Shown: positions 48,777 to 60,098 of the stretch, piece after piece
Position numbering within the stretch: the first letter of the stretch is position 1
How the letters are laid out: every line of letters begins with the position of its first letter
Origin: Thermodesulfobacteriota bacterium
Lineage (GTDB): Bacteria > Desulfobacterota > Desulfarculia > JACQYL01
Length of the DNA stretch: 64,000 nt
Assembly (NCBI GenBank): GCA_963675595.2
Contig: CAXXLZ010000001.1
Coordinates: 1,344,001 to 1,408,000, forward strand
Direction of reading: 5' to 3'
The notes under the pieces: model-generated
Seen by the model: only the letters and a program-made list of their open reading frames with translations
Databases searched by the model: none
Told to the model about the DNA's origin: nothing
Translations under genes and position numbers: made by a program

Positions 48777-49544
48777 TCACTTGACTCGTTCTATGTACGC
48801 GTAGGCGCTGTGGTTGTGAATGCTTTCGAAGTTTTCCGTTTCCACGGTGAACCAAGTGATATTGTCGTCCATATCCAGCTTCAACGCCACCTCCCTGACC
48901 ACGTCTTCCACGAACCTCGGATTCCGATACGCCCGCTCCGTGACGTATTTCTCATCGGAACGTTTCAGAATCGAATAGACCTCACAGGAAGCGCAGGACT
49001 CGACCATCTGAATGATGTCCTCGATCCAGATGAAGCGTTTGAACCGCAGCGTTACCGCAACCTGACCGCGTTGGTTATGAGCGCCGAACTCGCTGATCTC
49101 CTTCGAGCATGGGCATAGGGTGGAAATAGGAACCGTGAGGCCCACCACCAGGTCCATGCCGTGATTCAGACTCCCTTTGAATGAGCAAATATACTCCATC
49201 AAACCGCACGTACCGCTTACCGGAGCCTGTTTTTCGATGAAATAGGGAAAGGTGATCTCCATGTGGGCCGACTCTGCGTTGAGCCGCACTTTCATTTCTT
49301 CGAGGACCTGCGGAATACTCTCGATACTGATCTGATGTCTGTATTCGCTCAGAATTTCCACGAAGCGGCTCATGTGGGTTCCCTTGTAGTCCTTGGGAAG
49401 GTCCACATACATGTTGATGGAAGCCACCGTCCTCTGCTTGCCCATGTATTTGTCTTTAACCGTGATGGGATACCGGATATCCTTCACACCGACTTTGTCG
49501 ATCCTCAAATTCCGGTTATCCTTTTGGTTCTGCACGTCTATCAT
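48777..49544 (-). CDS. folE2: GTP cyclohydrolase IB
   Basis: KGTHMSRF, TLCPCSKEIS..GAHNQR, FVEDVVR, ESIHNH. Confidence 0.95.
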   Translation of the reverse strand: MIDVQNQKDNRNLRIDKVGVKDIRYPITVKDKYMGKQRTVASINMYVDLPKDYKGTHMSRFVEILSEYRHQISIESIPQVLEEMKVRLNAESAHMEITFPYFIEKQAPVSGTCGLMEYICSFKGSLNHGMDLVVGLTVPISTLCPCSKEISEFGAHNQRGQVAVTLRFKRFIWIEDIIQMVESCASCEVYSILKRSDEKYVTERAYRNPRFVEDVVREVALKLDMDDNITWFTVETENFESIHNHSAYAYIERVK

Positions 49545-49824
49545 TTCGGTTATCTGCCCATAGCTGTTGATTCGGTTTGGTTCGACCGCCTGAGCGGCCG
49601 TTTGAAGGATCGAAGCGGGCAATTGGAGGTGAAACCCGGCGACGGTACCCTATTATTGTCTCGATCGGGTGCGGCAGAGTGCCGCTCGGAAGGTTGAGGC
49701 AGGATCGAAAAACGTTTAAGAATAACATGCTGAATCAAGAAAAGCCAAGCCCGTTTTCCGCTTAACCGCGCATCTTGTTACCGCAACGCGTGACCGCGTT
49801 GTGGTACGGTCCATGGGAATCCGA

Positions 49825-51769
49825 CAGGAGTTTCAGAGTTGGCGAAGAAGACAGTACTCAATTAGCTGAAATCAAGACATAAATCAGCTTTGAAGTTGTA
49901 GAACCGAACCGTCGTTTATTGTGTATCCAAGGGCGTTCAGCACCTTGGTTTGGATGTCGTTGGGCTCCTCGATTTGGACGGACGGTTGTGTGGCGCCCTT
50001 CTGCCAGCTCAAGATGGAGTTGAGACTTGCCATTTCTTCGATGAGCGTTTTTGCGGTTTCGGACCCACCGACCTTGAGTTCGAGGAGTCTCAGACATGAG
50101 AGGGCGATGATACACGTCAAAAGATGACAGCGGATTTTGCTGTCGGTCCAATGAAACATCGGGTTGATCCTGACGTGGCATGGAGCCTTGCTCACCCGAA
50201 ACTGCTGCTCGATGCGGTATCTGTCAAGGGAAGCCTGGACGATGGCCTCGGTATCCCAATCATGATGGTCGGTGACGATGAGATTCTTCCCCATGACGGC
50301 CTTCGCCGCCTCGATCTCCGCATAGTCCCTTCGGAAGCTCATGATCTCTTCCGTGAAAGCCAAGCGATAGAATTTGTGACTGATATGAAGCTGTTCACAG
50401 ACCTTGTGATAACGGGTGGTGATGGCTTTAGGGTTTCGCCATTGAGGTTCCCGGTCGCGGAACTTTTGCCGGAATTGGACGAGTTCCGTTTTCAGTTGAT
50501 CCAGTTTCCGGCTCATATCGTGAAGTTTTTTGCGTTTGGTAACCGGGTTGAAGGTGACCACCACGGTGCGCTCCCGACCCCATAGGGTCAGCTTGGTCCG
50601 GTAGGCGGTGAGTCTGTCCTCGGGGCGTTCTTCGGCTTCGAGCCGATGGTTTTTGGGGATATCGAGAACCAGGAAGTGCTCGGGATTCAGGGCGGCCAGA
50701 TGGTCGGCGAAATAGGTGGAATAGGTCGTAATGAAATAGATTCGGCTTTGGGCATCGATGCGGGCCATGTTTTCTTTTGAATTCATGCCCTTGTCAAAGA
50801 CGACGGTAAGGGTTTTGTTTCCGTCCGCAAAGCCGAGGATCACGCCGAACAGCTCGTCGAGAATCCGCTCGAACAGCTTGGAATCATGGAGGTTGCCGGG
50901 ATAGACCTTGTAATGGATCGGCAATGAGGTAGTGCGATCCGTCAATAATCCGAGGCCGACTTGCCGCAGGTGGTGTTTTCCGCTCTTGTTGTAACCCCTT
51001 GCCGCCAAATCGGAACCGGTCTTGGTGGCCATGTAGGTGAAATAGTTGGTGGTGTCGAACAGCACGGTGTCGGGGTTCTGCCGGCGACCCGTCCAGAGCC
51101 TTTGGAGGAAAAGCCGACCGGCCTTCTCAACCTGTTCCCTGGAAACGCGATCCCACTTCTCCCAGTAGCGCTCGGAGGTCAGTTGAGTCAAATCCACTGG
51201 ACGAATCTGTTGGACGGCGGTCTTTCGGTACCATTCCTCAAGGGAGCGCTTGCTCTTGGGAGCGATCATTCGGTTGGCCCAGGCGTAGTAGAAATACTCG
51301 CCCACCGTGGGGCCGGTTTCGTTACGCCCTCTTGGGACAACACTGTCGATGATGCCGATCGTATCCAGTTCTTGTTCCAGGGCATGAGCCACGAAGAGGG
51401 CCCCAAAGGACTCTGTTTTAAGTCTGGACGGCTTGCCCGAAGTCTCGGCTTCTTGGAGTTTGGCGAGGATGGTTTCCGGGGTTCCGAGATACTTTTGCCA
51501 CTTCACTTGGACCTTCCCGCCGACGCGGTGGACCTCACGAAGATACCAGTAGGTTCTACCCTTGAAGGTCTTCTTATACAAATGCGGCATAATCGAATTA
51601 TGCCTAATAGGTTCTACATGTCAAGAGGAAAATCGATTGTCGTTGAAAAATAAGGCGCTTAGATCAGGATATCCGGGGCGGGAAGGTAGGTTCTACGTAT
51701 CATCGAGAGGTAACTACCCGAAACTATTATTGAATTTGCCGTTACAAAAGATTATCCCTGAAACTCCTG
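49825..51769 (-). mobile_element. Complete IS1634-family insertion sequence (1945 bp)
   Basis: 12-bp perfect TIRs CAGGAGTTTCAG / CTGAAACTCCTG; 5-bp TSD TCCGA at 49820-49824 and 51770-51774. Confidence 0.9.
49884..51590 (-). CDS. IS1634-family DDE transposase
   Basis: YWYLRE..RVGGKV..KWQKYLG N-terminus; FDTT, VFDKG, IEQQFR catalytic motifs. Confidence 0.9.
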   Translation of the reverse strand: MPHLYKKTFKGRTYWYLREVHRVGGKVQVKWQKYLGTPETILAKLQEAETSGKPSRLKTESFGALFVAHALEQELDTIGIIDSVVPRGRNETGPTVGEYFYYAWANRMIAPKSKRSLEEWYRKTAVQQIRPVDLTQLTSERYWEKWDRVSREQVEKAGRLFLQRLWTGRRQNPDTVLFDTTNYFTYMATKTGSDLAARGYNKSGKHHLRQVGLGLLTDRTTSLPIHYKVYPGNLHDSKLFERILDELFGVILGFADGNKTLTVVFDKGMNSKENMARIDAQSRIYFITTYSTYFADHLAALNPEHFLVLDIPKNHRLEAEERPEDRLTAYRTKLTLWGRERTVVVTFNPVTKRKKLHDMSRKLDQLKTELVQFRQKFRDREPQWRNPKAITTRYHKVCEQLHISHKFYRLAFTEEIMSFRRDYAEIEAAKAVMGKNLIVTDHHDWDTEAIVQASLDRYRIEQQFRVSKAPCHVRINPMFHWTDSKIRCHLLTCIIALSCLRLLELKVGGSETAKTLIEEMASLNSILSWQKGATQPSVQIEEPNDIQTKVLNALGYTINDGSVLQLQS

Positions 51770-51870
51770 TCCGAGTCCGGGAAGAATAGGTCGCGGCGAA
51801 AAAACATTCAATAGCCACCTGTAACGGCCTCCCCTTCCGCGCAACAAAAGGAGCGGAACGACGTTCCGGC

Positions 51871-52257
51871 CTATCTCGGCGGAACGGGCGAATGAGGTAC
51901 ATAGGGCTTTTTAGGGTCCGGGATTCGTGGAGCATGGACTTCCGGGGCGAAGGGACCGAATTTTTCCGGCGTGGGCGGAAAACCTCCCATGGCGGGTTCG
52001 TCGCGGAACAAGTGCGGCTTCGCCGGCACCGGTTCCGGGGAGCGCGGAGGCCGCACGCCGAGTTCCACCGCGTCGGGACGGAGTTCACTGTCTACGGGAA
52101 CCTTGGCCACGGGAATGTGCGCTCGATTTTCGGCTCCAGCCTGCGAGGCGAAAAATACGAGCAACACCGTCAAGAGCACTGCGGACCGCCGGCGTAGGTA
52201 GTCGCGTGTTCGAGCCATCACTTCCCCGCCCTTCTTCCGAGCCATTGTCCCCCTCAC
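51871..52257 (-). CDS. Small secreted proline-rich protein
   Basis: Signal-peptide-like VLLTVLLVFFASQAGA; Pro-rich tail; start overlaps the kinase stop. Confidence 0.55.
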   Translation of the reverse strand: MRGTMARKKGGEVMARTRDYLRRRSAVLLTVLLVFFASQAGAENRAHIPVAKVPVDSELRPDAVELGVRPPRSPEPVPAKPHLFRDEPAMGGFPPTPEKFGPFAPEVHAPRIPDPKKPYVPHSPVPPR

Positions 52258-53978
52258 ACGGCCGACTCGTGAGCCCCCTCTTTGGAGTGCTCGCTCGAAT
52301 TCTCGGGGGGCCTGACGGGAAGCACGATTTCCGCCTTGTTCCCCAAGTCCGTCAGCCGTGAATAAAGAAGATCGCCCCCATGGATGGCCAGAATCTTCCT
52401 GGCCATGGGAATGCCCAACCCGCTTCCGAAACTTCGCGTGGTCAGGATGGGATTCATGAGTTCCGCCATGGCCTCGGGGGGGAGCGGTTTGCCCGTATCC
52501 AGGATCATCAGTTTGACCTTACGCTCCCCGCCTTCGTACTCGCAAACCACCTTTACGGTACCGCCCTGGTCCATGCTTCGAGTGGAATTGGCGATAAACC
52601 GGAGGATTACTTGAGCGATGCCTTTGGCGTCCAACACCACCGAAGGAATCTCTGGATCCATTTCCACCTGCACAACGATCTTCTTCTCCTCGAATCGTTG
52701 TTTCAGCCGATCGAGTACCGCTCCGACGAGCTTGCGCAGGTCGTGCTCACGGAATTCGGGCACATAGGCACGACTGAACTGGTTCAGGTCTTCGAGCACC
52801 CTTTCCAGCCGCGCCGATTCACTGACGATGATGTCCAAGTACTTGCCGCTCTTTTCGTCTTGAGGGAGAGTCTTCGACAGTCGTCGCGCAAATCCGCTCA
52901 AAGCGGTGAGCGGGTTGCGAATCTCGTGGGCAACGGCCTGCAAGGCGGCCTCCACGGCCCGATCCCTCTCCTGCTGGACTGCTTCTTGCCCGGTAACCGG
53001 GGATTCTTCCTCGGGAACGTGATGTTCCAGGAACCATTGCACCTTTTCTTCAAGATAGCCGTTGAGCCGGGAAAGAGCCTGATTGGCCCTTTCCATGACC
53101 TCCAACAGGTCCAGAGCGGAACGCGCCTCGAGCTCCAGCGCGTGAGACAACTCGTCCACCTCGGACATTACCCCACAGAAAAGCTCTTCCACCGCGTGAG
53201 GTCCGAGGCCGAAATCCGACTGCACCGTTTGCTGGAAACGAAATAGTTCCTCGCTGCGTCCAAAGAGTATCTCCGCTCCGCTACGCGCGGTTTCGATGAC
53301 ACGGCAGAGAGCGGGGTCCTGCTCTTCGAAGGGAGCGTTGCAGTCCGGTCTTTGGGTTTCCACCAGGGCCTTGGGAAATCGCCATTTCCTCAGAATCAGA
53401 CGTCCGACCTCCCTGTGGTTGATCTTCAGATTGTCCTGCTCCCATTTCAGAAGCTCGGACTCCGGAACGGATTCGGAGGGATAACGGCTCTTCCACTCTT
53501 CCGGAAGGGTTCGAAAAAGCATCAGACGCCCGATCTCCAGTATGAGACCCGCCACAAAGGCCTCCTCCGGGTCGGGCTGTTTCCAGCCGGCGGCCTGCAC
53601 AAGTCTTCTGGCGAGCATACCCCGATACAGACTCATGCGCCAAAATCGTTCGTAGTCAAAAACGTGTTCGTTGGAAAACGGGAAAGTATGTCTCAAGGAA
53701 ATGGAGAGGGCGAGTATGCGTACTCGCTTCAGCCCCATGATGACCACGGCCTGGGAGAGAGTGGAAATGGGTTTGGCCGGGGCGAAATAGGGGCTGTTGA
53801 CCACCTTCAGGAAACGAGTGGTCAGAGAGGGGTCCTGCTGAATAACCCGGGCGATCTGATCCGCGGAAACCGTATCTTCGGATGCGGTTTCGATGAGCCT
53901 CACCGCCACAGGGGCCAGCGGCGGCAAAGCCTCCTCTTTCTGAATCCTTTCCAGAATTTCAATGCGCGGACCGGGCAT
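52254..53978 (-). CDS. HDOD-domain sensor histidine kinase
   Basis: HDOD (DPSLTTRFLKVVNSPYF, HREVG...WRFP); H-box AHEIRNPL; DTG and GSGLG boxes. Confidence 0.9.
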   Translation of the reverse strand: MPGPRIEILERIQKEEALPPLAPVAVRLIETASEDTVSADQIARVIQQDPSLTTRFLKVVNSPYFAPAKPISTLSQAVVIMGLKRVRILALSISLRHTFPFSNEHVFDYERFWRMSLYRGMLARRLVQAAGWKQPDPEEAFVAGLILEIGRLMLFRTLPEEWKSRYPSESVPESELLKWEQDNLKINHREVGRLILRKWRFPKALVETQRPDCNAPFEEQDPALCRVIETARSGAEILFGRSEELFRFQQTVQSDFGLGPHAVEELFCGVMSEVDELSHALELEARSALDLLEVMERANQALSRLNGYLEEKVQWFLEHHVPEEESPVTGQEAVQQERDRAVEAALQAVAHEIRNPLTALSGFARRLSKTLPQDEKSGKYLDIIVSESARLERVLEDLNQFSRAYVPEFREHDLRKLVGAVLDRLKQRFEEKKIVVQVEMDPEIPSVVLDAKGIAQVILRFIANSTRSMDQGGTVKVVCEYEGGERKVKLMILDTGKPLPPEAMAELMNPILTTRSFGSGLGIPMARKILAIHGGDLLYSRLTDLGNKAEIVLPVRPPENSSEHSKEGAHESAV

Positions 53979-54151
53979 ATCCTCCTCGCTGGAGGAAGAA
54001 TTCCAACACGCGGGAAATCCGCGTAAGGGTGCTGCTGGTCTGTTGTGCAGAGATTCGGGAGTGCTCGCAGCGAAAAGCCCCTGGGAGCTTTTCCGGCATC
54101 ACCCGCTCAAAAGGTCGGAGTGATCCTTCTTGCCGTTCTTCTACCCCGACG

Positions 54152-54230
54152 CTCCGCCGAAGGCGGTGCGGCTCTGCTGAAAAGTTTTGGAGGGGGGCCG
54201 GGGGGGCTTTTTCAAAAGAACCCCCCGGTG
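54152..54230 (-). repeat. Palindromic intergenic repeat, copy A
   Basis: Reverse complement aligns with 58013-58094 (CGGGGG...AAAG..CCCCCGG.CCC...CAAA...CACCGCCTTYGGCGGAG). Confidence 0.6.
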
Positions 54231-54252
54231 TCGATTCAGAAAAAACGTCCCG

Positions 54253-56889
54253 TCAAAGACTCTCTTCCACGGCAGTATACACCCCGTCGAGGGCTTCGGC
54301 CAAGCGTTCCCCTTGGGGCCCGCCGGCCTGGGCCATGTCGGGTCGTCCGCCGCCTTTACCGCCCACCTTGGCGACGACCTTGCCGATGATCTTGCCCGCA
54401 TGCAGGCGGTCGGTGAGGTCTTTGGTCACCAGCGCCAGGAGAATCGCCTTGCCGTCGCTTACGGCGCCCAAAACCGCCACGCCGCTCTTCAGGCGATCCC
54501 GAACCCGGTCGCCCAGGTCCCTGAGTTCCTTGGGGTCGGACAATTCCACCTGTGCGCCCACCACGGGGATGCCGTTCACCTTCTTGACCTGCTGAAGAAC
54601 TTCACCCAGAACGTCCACCGCCCCGCCCATGCGTGCCGCGTGGAGGTCCTTTTCCAGTTTCTTCTGGTTGGCCAAAAGCTTTTCGATTCTCGATTTCAGC
54701 TCTTCCGGCCGTGCTTTGACCAGGGAAGCGGCCTCACGTAGATCGTGTTCCATGCGCCGCACCACCAGCAGTGCGTCGCTGCCGGTAACCGCTTCGATCC
54801 TGCGGACTCCGGCGGCCACGCTGCTTTCGGACAGAATCTTGAAGAAGCCGATCTCTCCCGTACGCCGCACATGGGTACCCCCACACAGCTCCACACTGGC
54901 CTCACCCACGGTCACCATGCGAACCCGATCACCGTAACGTTCTTCGAACAGCGCCATGGCGCCGCTTTCGACCGCCTGCTCCATGTCCGTTTCCACGGTG
55001 GTCACGGGATCGTCCTTGCGTATCCCCTCGTTCACCAAGTCTTCCACCGCTTCCAGCACTTTGTTGTCCAAAGCTTCAAAATGGGCGAAGTCGAACCGCA
55101 GCCGTTCCGGGGATACCAGGGAGCCGGCCTGCTTCACGTGGTCCCCCACCAGGGAACGCAACGCCGAGTGAAGCAAATGGGTGGCCGTATGATTTCGTGC
55201 GGTGCGCATACGCCGTTCGGAATCGGTCACCGCTTCCACCGAGTCTCCCTTATGGATTTCGCCCTTGTCCACCCGGCCCCTGTGAACGATGAGCTGTCCG
55301 GCGTGCTTGGAGGAATCCAGAATCTCGATCTCCACTTGGGAGGATCGAATCATGCCCCGGTCTCCCACCTGGCCTCCGGCCTCGCCGTAAAGCGGGGTAC
55401 GATCCAGCAGGATTTCCACCTCATCCCCGGCGGACGCCCGCTCCACCGCTTTGCCGTCCATGACCAGGGCCTCCACTCGGGCCGAGCAGGCTCCGTGATC
55501 GTATCCCACGAACTCCGTGGCGACGCCTTGTCCGAGCAGGGCCCGATACACTTCGGGAATTTCCAGCTCCCCGCTCCCCTTCCAGGACTTTCTGGACATT
55601 TCCCGCTGTTTTTCCATGGCGGCGTGAAAGGCGTCCATATCCACGGAAAAGCCCTCTTCCCGCCCCACGTCGTTGAGTACGTCCAGAGGAAAACCAAAAG
55701 TATCGTACAAACGGAAGGCCACGTCTCCGGCCAGCACTTTGGCCTCTCCCTGAAGTTTGGCGATTTCGCCGTAGAGCAGGCTCAGGCCGTTTTCCAGGGT
55801 CTGAAAGAAGCGTTTCTCCTCCCCCTGGACTATTTTGGACACGAACTCCTTGGACGGAAGCAGCTCGGGATAGGCCCCGGACATGGAATCCATCACGGCC
55901 ATGGCGATGTCGGACAGGAAAGGATCGTGCATGCCCAGCTTGCTGCCGAAACGAATGGCGCGGCGCATGATCCTGCGGAGTACGTAGCCTCGCCCCTCAT
56001 TGGACGGCAGGATCCCGTCGGAAATGAGAAAGGCCGTGGCCCGGGCGTGATCCGCGATCACGCGGAAACAAATGTCTTCCTTGTGGTCGGCCCCGTAGGT
56101 TCTGCCCGAACGCTCCCCAATGGCCTGCATGATGTGGGAAAACAGGTCCGAATCGAAATTCGTGCGTTTGCCTTGAAGCACCGCGGTAAGGCGTTCGAGA
56201 CCCAGGCCCGTGTCGATGCTCGGCTTGGGCAGAGGGGTCAGTTTCCCGGTTTCATCCCGGTTGAACTGCATAAAGACCAGGTTCCACAGCTCGAGGTAGC
56301 GGTCGCAGTCGCATCCCGGCGCGCAATCCGGGCGGTCGCATCCCATCTCCGGTCCCTGGTCGATGAGCACTTCCGAGCAAGGTCCGCAGGGGCCGGTGTC
56401 CCCCATGGCCCAGAAGTTGTCCTCATCCCCCAGACGGCTTACTCGTTCTTCAGGAAGTCCCACCACCGTGCGCCACAGGTCGAAAGCCTCGTCGTCGTCG
56501 CGATACACCGTGGCGTAAAGCTTGTCCGCAGGCAGGCCGTAGCCTTCGGTGAGCAGCTCCCAGGCCATCTGAATGGCGTCCCGCTTGAAATAGTCGCCAA
56601 AGCTGAAATTGCCCAGCATCTCGAAAAACGTGTGGTGACGCGCGGTAAATCCCACGTTGTCCAGATCGTTGTGTTTACCCCCGGCTCGAACGCACTTCTG
56701 AGAAGAAGCGGCGCGGGGATAGTCGCGCTGTTCATCCCCGGTGAATACCCTTTTGAACTGGACCATGCCGGCATTGGTGAACAGCAGGGACGGGTCGTCC
56801 TTGGGAAGCAGCGGGGAGCTTTTCACCACGCGATGGCCGTGCTCTTCAAAGTACTTCAGGAATCGGGATCGGATTTCACTTCCGGTCAT
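54253..56889 (-). CDS. alaS: Alanine-tRNA ligase
   Basis: [57 protein letters not shown]. Confidence 0.98.
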   Translation of the reverse strand: MTGSEIRSRFLKYFEEHGHRVVKSSPLLPKDDPSLLFTNAGMVQFKRVFTGDEQRDYPRAASSQKCVRAGGKHNDLDNVGFTARHHTFFEMLGNFSFGDYFKRDAIQMAWELLTEGYGLPADKLYATVYRDDDEAFDLWRTVVGLPEERVSRLGDEDNFWAMGDTGPCGPCSEVLIDQGPEMGCDRPDCAPGCDCDRYLELWNLVFMQFNRDETGKLTPLPKPSIDTGLGLERLTAVLQGKRTNFDSDLFSHIMQAIGERSGRTYGADHKEDICFRVIADHARATAFLISDGILPSNEGRGYVLRRIMRRAIRFGSKLGMHDPFLSDIAMAVMDSMSGAYPELLPSKEFVSKIVQGEEKRFFQTLENGLSLLYGEIAKLQGEAKVLAGDVAFRLYDTFGFPLDVLNDVGREEGFSVDMDAFHAAMEKQREMSRKSWKGSGELEIPEVYRALLGQGVATEFVGYDHGACSARVEALVMDGKAVERASAGDEVEILLDRTPLYGEAGGQVGDRGMIRSSQVEIEILDSSKHAGQLIVHRGRVDKGEIHKGDSVEAVTDSERRMRTARNHTATHLLHSALRSLVGDHVKQAGSLVSPERLRFDFAHFEALDNKVLEAVEDLVNEGIRKDDPVTTVETDMEQAVESGAMALFEERYGDRVRMVTVGEASVELCGGTHVRRTGEIGFFKILSESSVAAGVRRIEAVTGSDALLVVRRMEHDLREAASLVKARPEELKSRIEKLLANQKKLEKDLHAARMGGAVDVLGEVLQQVKKVNGIPVVGAQVELSDPKELRDLGDRVRDRLKSGVAVLGAVSDGKAILLALVTKDLTDRLHAGKIIGKVVAKVGGKGGGRPDMAQAGGPQGERLAEALDGVYTAVEESL

Positions 56890-57935
56890 AGAGCTTCCTC
56901 GTCGGCAAATTCGGATGATTCGGGAGCCGGGCCCAACTGCTCGACCCCGGCTTGGGTCAATATCTTGGATTCAATGTCCTTCATCATGTCGGGATTCTGT
57001 TCCAGTACGGCCTTGGCCGTTTCGCGCCCCTGACCCAGGCGCTCTCCCGCGTAAGAATACCACGATCCGCTCTTTTCGATAATGTTTAATCCCACGCCCA
57101 AGTCCAAAACGTCTCCGCTTCTGGAAATGCCCTTGCCGTACATGATGTCGAATTCCGCTTCCTTGAAGGGCGGAGCGATCTTATTCTTCACCACCTTCAC
57201 CCGGGTACGGTTGCCCACCACGTCCTGACCGTCCTTGATGGGGCCTCGAGACCGAATGTCCAACCGCACGGAGGAGTAGAACTTCAACGCATTGCCCCCG
57301 GTGGTGGTTTCCGGATTGCCGAACATGATGCCGATCTTGTGCCGAATCTGGTTGATGAAGATCACCGCGGTCTGGGACTTGGAGATGATGGCGGTGAGCT
57401 TTCGCAGGGCCTGGCTCATCAAACGGGCCTGCAGGCCCATGTGGGAGTCGCCCATCTCACCGTCGATTTCGGCCTTGGGCACCAGAGCGGCCACGGAGTC
57501 CACCACGATAATGCCCAACGCGCCGCTGCGCACCAGAATTTCCGTGATCTCCAAAGCCTGCTCCCCGTAATCCGGCTGGGACACCAGCAGGTCGTCGGTC
57601 TTGACCCCGAGCTTGCGCGCATAAGACACGTCCAGCGCGTGTTCCGCATCCACAAAAGCGGCCACGCCGCCCAACTTCTGGGCTTCGGCGATGACGTGCA
57701 GCGCCAGGGTGGTCTTGCCCGAGGACTCCGGACCGTAGATTTCGGTCACCCGGCCCCTGGGAATGCCTCCCACCCCCGTGGCGATGTCCAACGCCAGGGA
57801 CCCCGTGGAAATGGCCTGAACATCCTGGACCACGCCGTCGGCACCCAATTTCATGATGGAGCCCTTGCCGAACTGCCGTTCGATCTGGCTCACGGCGACG
57901 TCGATGACCCGCTCCCGATCCTGTGTGGCGGCCAT
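56886..57935 (-). CDS. recA: Recombinase A
   Basis: [28 protein letters not shown]. Confidence 0.99.
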   Translation of the reverse strand: MAATQDRERVIDVAVSQIERQFGKGSIMKLGADGVVQDVQAISTGSLALDIATGVGGIPRGRVTEIYGPESSGKTTLALHVIAEAQKLGGVAAFVDAEHALDVSYARKLGVKTDDLLVSQPDYGEQALEITEILVRSGALGIIVVDSVAALVPKAEIDGEMGDSHMGLQARLMSQALRKLTAIISKSQTAVIFINQIRHKIGIMFGNPETTTGGNALKFYSSVRLDIRSRGPIKDGQDVVGNRTRVKVVKNKIAPPFKEAEFDIMYGKGISRSGDVLDLGVGLNIIEKSGSWYSYAGERLGQGRETAKAVLEQNPDMMKDIESKILTQAGVEQLGPAPESSEFADEEAL

Positions 57936-58012
57936 GTGTCCTCCTTGCCCGCGAAAATATCTCTTGAGGATGATTGTCGGGGAAATTTTTGTACAATGAA
58001 CGGATTATCTTC

Positions 58013-58094
58013 CACGGGGGAAAACTTTCGAGAAAGTCTTCCCCCGGACCCCTTTTCAAAGCTCGTTGAGCGGCCCTCACCGCCTTTGGCGGAG
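58013..58094 (+). repeat. Palindromic intergenic repeat, copy B
   Basis: GGGGGAAAACTTTCGAGAAAGTCTTCCCCC hairpin plus CCGCC-TTT-GGCGG hairpin; related to 54152-54230. Confidence 0.6.
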
Positions 58095-58411
58095 AGGGTC
58101 ACCCAGTCCGAACGTCCGATATTCGAAAGCCGTCACCATCCACGAGGTAGTGGCCGTTTATTCCTCTAATTGCGGCGCCGTCTCCACCTCGGAATCCGGA
58201 TCGAGCCGGGAAAAACGGCTCCCGCAATCTCTTTCGATTGCCTGTGAATACACGTTTCCTACAGATTCAATTACCACGAGGAGCACGGAAAAACAAGTAC
58301 GGGAAACAACAGGTTGGACAAGGCGGGGAATGTGCGGAATGCAGTTGACGGGCGCTTCCCAAGGGTGGTATGTGAGCGACTTGAGGGGTCGCCCCCTCGC
58401 CCTTCCTCAGC

Positions 58412-58488
58412 GCGCCCGTAGCTCAGTTGGATAGAGCGTCGGACTTCGAATCCGCAGGTCGCACGTTCGAGTCGTGCCGGGCGCGCCA
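58412..58488 (+). tRNA. tRNA-Arg (TCG)
   Basis: GCGCCCG/CGGGCGC acceptor, anticodon loop CTTCGAA, GTTCGAG T-loop, encoded CCA. Confidence 0.97.
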
Positions 58489-58501
58489 AAAAAGATCAGT
58501 A

Positions 58502-59614
58502 TTAATGAAGGGTTAGATCGCTGCGATCTGATCCTTTGCTTTTTGTGGCGCTGACTGTGTGAGAGTCCGTGTGAGACTTTTCTCTCGCTCTTTCAAAAAC
58601 CACCATGGCCAAACGTTCGGCTTCTCCCAAGGTGTGCAGATATATCTCCGTGGTGCTTCTGTTCTCATGGCCCAGGATCTTCTGAATCGCTGTAATGGGC
58701 ACGTTGTTGTTTTCCAACAAGGATGCTCCTGCGTGCCGGATCGCATGAAAACGGAAATACTTCACTCCCGCTTTTCTGCAGAGCGTCCGCATAATTCGTT
58801 TTCTTTCTATGAAGGGGCCTTCCTTCCACTCTCCGGTCTTGCTGGAACAGTACCTGTGCCAGAATATCCAGGGCTTCGTCGGATCCCGTTCGTCAAATCT
58901 TCTCTTCAAGGTTTCTCGAAGTAGGGACGTCATAGAGACATGTCTAGGAGTGAGATGCCCGCCTTTCTTCTTCCTTGTGTAAAGAACGATTTGATTGCTT
59001 CTGAAATCAACGTCATCCCAGGTCAGCCGATTGATTTCACTGGTTCTGCCAAGGGTTTCCTGGAGCACGGTCAAATAATCCTTCGTATCCCGGTCTGCGA
59101 TTGAGATCACTTTCCAAATGTCCTCAAGAGGTGGGACATACTTGATTCTTTTCTCCACAGGAAAGAAATCGATCCCGTCCAAGGGATTCGAGTTCACGAG
59201 CCCCATCTTCAGACCGTAATTGAAAGTGGCCCGAAGATACCGTATCTCCTTGTTTGCCGTGTAACTAGAGACTTTTCTTCGTTTTCTCACAAATTCAAGG
59301 ATCATAGGACGATTGACGATTCTGCACGGAAGGTTTTGCCACTCTTTGACCCATCGCCTGGCCATGTACCAGTATTCTTTATAGTGACGTTCGGATCGTC
59401 CGAGTCTGATGTGATCCAAATGCTCGTTAAGCAGGTCAAAGAAGGTTATGTCTGTCGTTTGAGCGGTCTCTTCGGGATTGAGTATCTCCTCCCTTCTTCT
59501 TGCCTCCGCCTGGGCTGCTTCTCTTTTCGTTTTGAACCAGGCTTCCGTATGCCGTTGTCGGTTCAGAGTGAAGTCGTACCTCCACCCTTTCCCCTTTTTG
59601 AAATAAACGCTCAT
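58502..59614 (-). CDS. Tyrosine recombinase/integrase
   Basis: TLGRTSE, FHAIRH, ILGH, TEIY catalytic motifs; AAGGAGG RBS. Confidence 0.95.
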   Translation of the reverse strand: MSVYFKKGKGWRYDFTLNRQRHTEAWFKTKREAAQAEARRREEILNPEETAQTTDITFFDLLNEHLDHIRLGRSERHYKEYWYMARRWVKEWQNLPCRIVNRPMILEFVRKRRKVSSYTANKEIRYLRATFNYGLKMGLVNSNPLDGIDFFPVEKRIKYVPPLEDIWKVISIADRDTKDYLTVLQETLGRTSEINRLTWDDVDFRSNQIVLYTRKKKGGHLTPRHVSMTSLLRETLKRRFDERDPTKPWIFWHRYCSSKTGEWKEGPFIERKRIMRTLCRKAGVKYFRFHAIRHAGASLLENNNVPITAIQKILGHENRSTTEIYLHTLGEAERLAMVVFERAREKSHTDSHTVSATKSKGSDRSDLTLH

Positions 59615-59759
59615 AGAGGTCCTCCTTACTTGGAAACAGGAGCGATCCCCCGAGCTTCACACCGCCGAGTTCCTTGAAGTGAAGATAGACCCAACTCCGG
59701 CTCTTCTTCAGAAACCTGGCGACTTCCTCAGGGGTTTGGATTAGAGGACTCTCGGACAT
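59436..59759 (-). CDS. Excisionase-like helix-turn-helix protein
   Basis: TPEEVARFLKKSRSWVY wHTH; GAGGT RBS; overlaps the integrase start. Confidence 0.78.
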   Translation of the reverse strand: MSESPLIQTPEEVARFLKKSRSWVYLHFKELGGVKLGGSLLFPSKEDLYERLFQKGERVEVRLHSEPTTAYGSLVQNEKRSSPGGGKKKGGDTQSRRDRSNDRHNLL

Positions 59760-59836
59760 AAGTCAACACCTCGAACAGGATTGCATTCAAAAGCCGGCTT
59801 CATCCCACGAAAACCACATAACTTGTTGGGATCAGT

Positions 59837-60070
59837 TTACTTCCTCAAGAGCTTCATCACGCCGACAACAATAATCCCGATGACCGCAAGCTTTACCACC
59901 GAAGTGACCGGATCACCGGAATGATGAGCTCCCCGACTTCCAACATCCCAGGCAGTCTTCATCGCATCACCGAACTCGGACACCGTACCGGCAACAGTCG
60001 AGAGAATCGACGGCAGGTACACGGCAAGAAGAACGATCACGATCGCAAGGAATACGTTCCGCCATTCCAT
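59837..60070 (-). CDS. Small two-TM membrane protein
   Basis: GAGGT RBS; hydrophobic N- and C-terminal helices. Confidence 0.7.
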   Translation of the reverse strand: MEWRNVFLAIVIVLLAVYLPSILSTVAGTVSEFGDAMKTAWDVGSRGAHHSGDPVTSVVKLAVIGIIVVGVMKLLRK

Positions 60071-60098
60071 ATGGGATCACCTCTCTTGAAAGGGTTTC

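Noticed and set aside
49545-49820. Folate or preQ1 riboswitch upstream of folE2
   Set aside because: No recognisable consensus elements.
54745-57033. 762-aa ORF antisense to alaS
   Set aside because: Mirror of a codon-biased essential gene; no protein motifs or RBS.
58240-58265. LexA/SOS box upstream of recA (GAATACACGTTT)
   Set aside because: Only a partial match to GAAC-N4-GTTC, about 300 bp from the start codon; the lineage's LexA motif is unknown to me.
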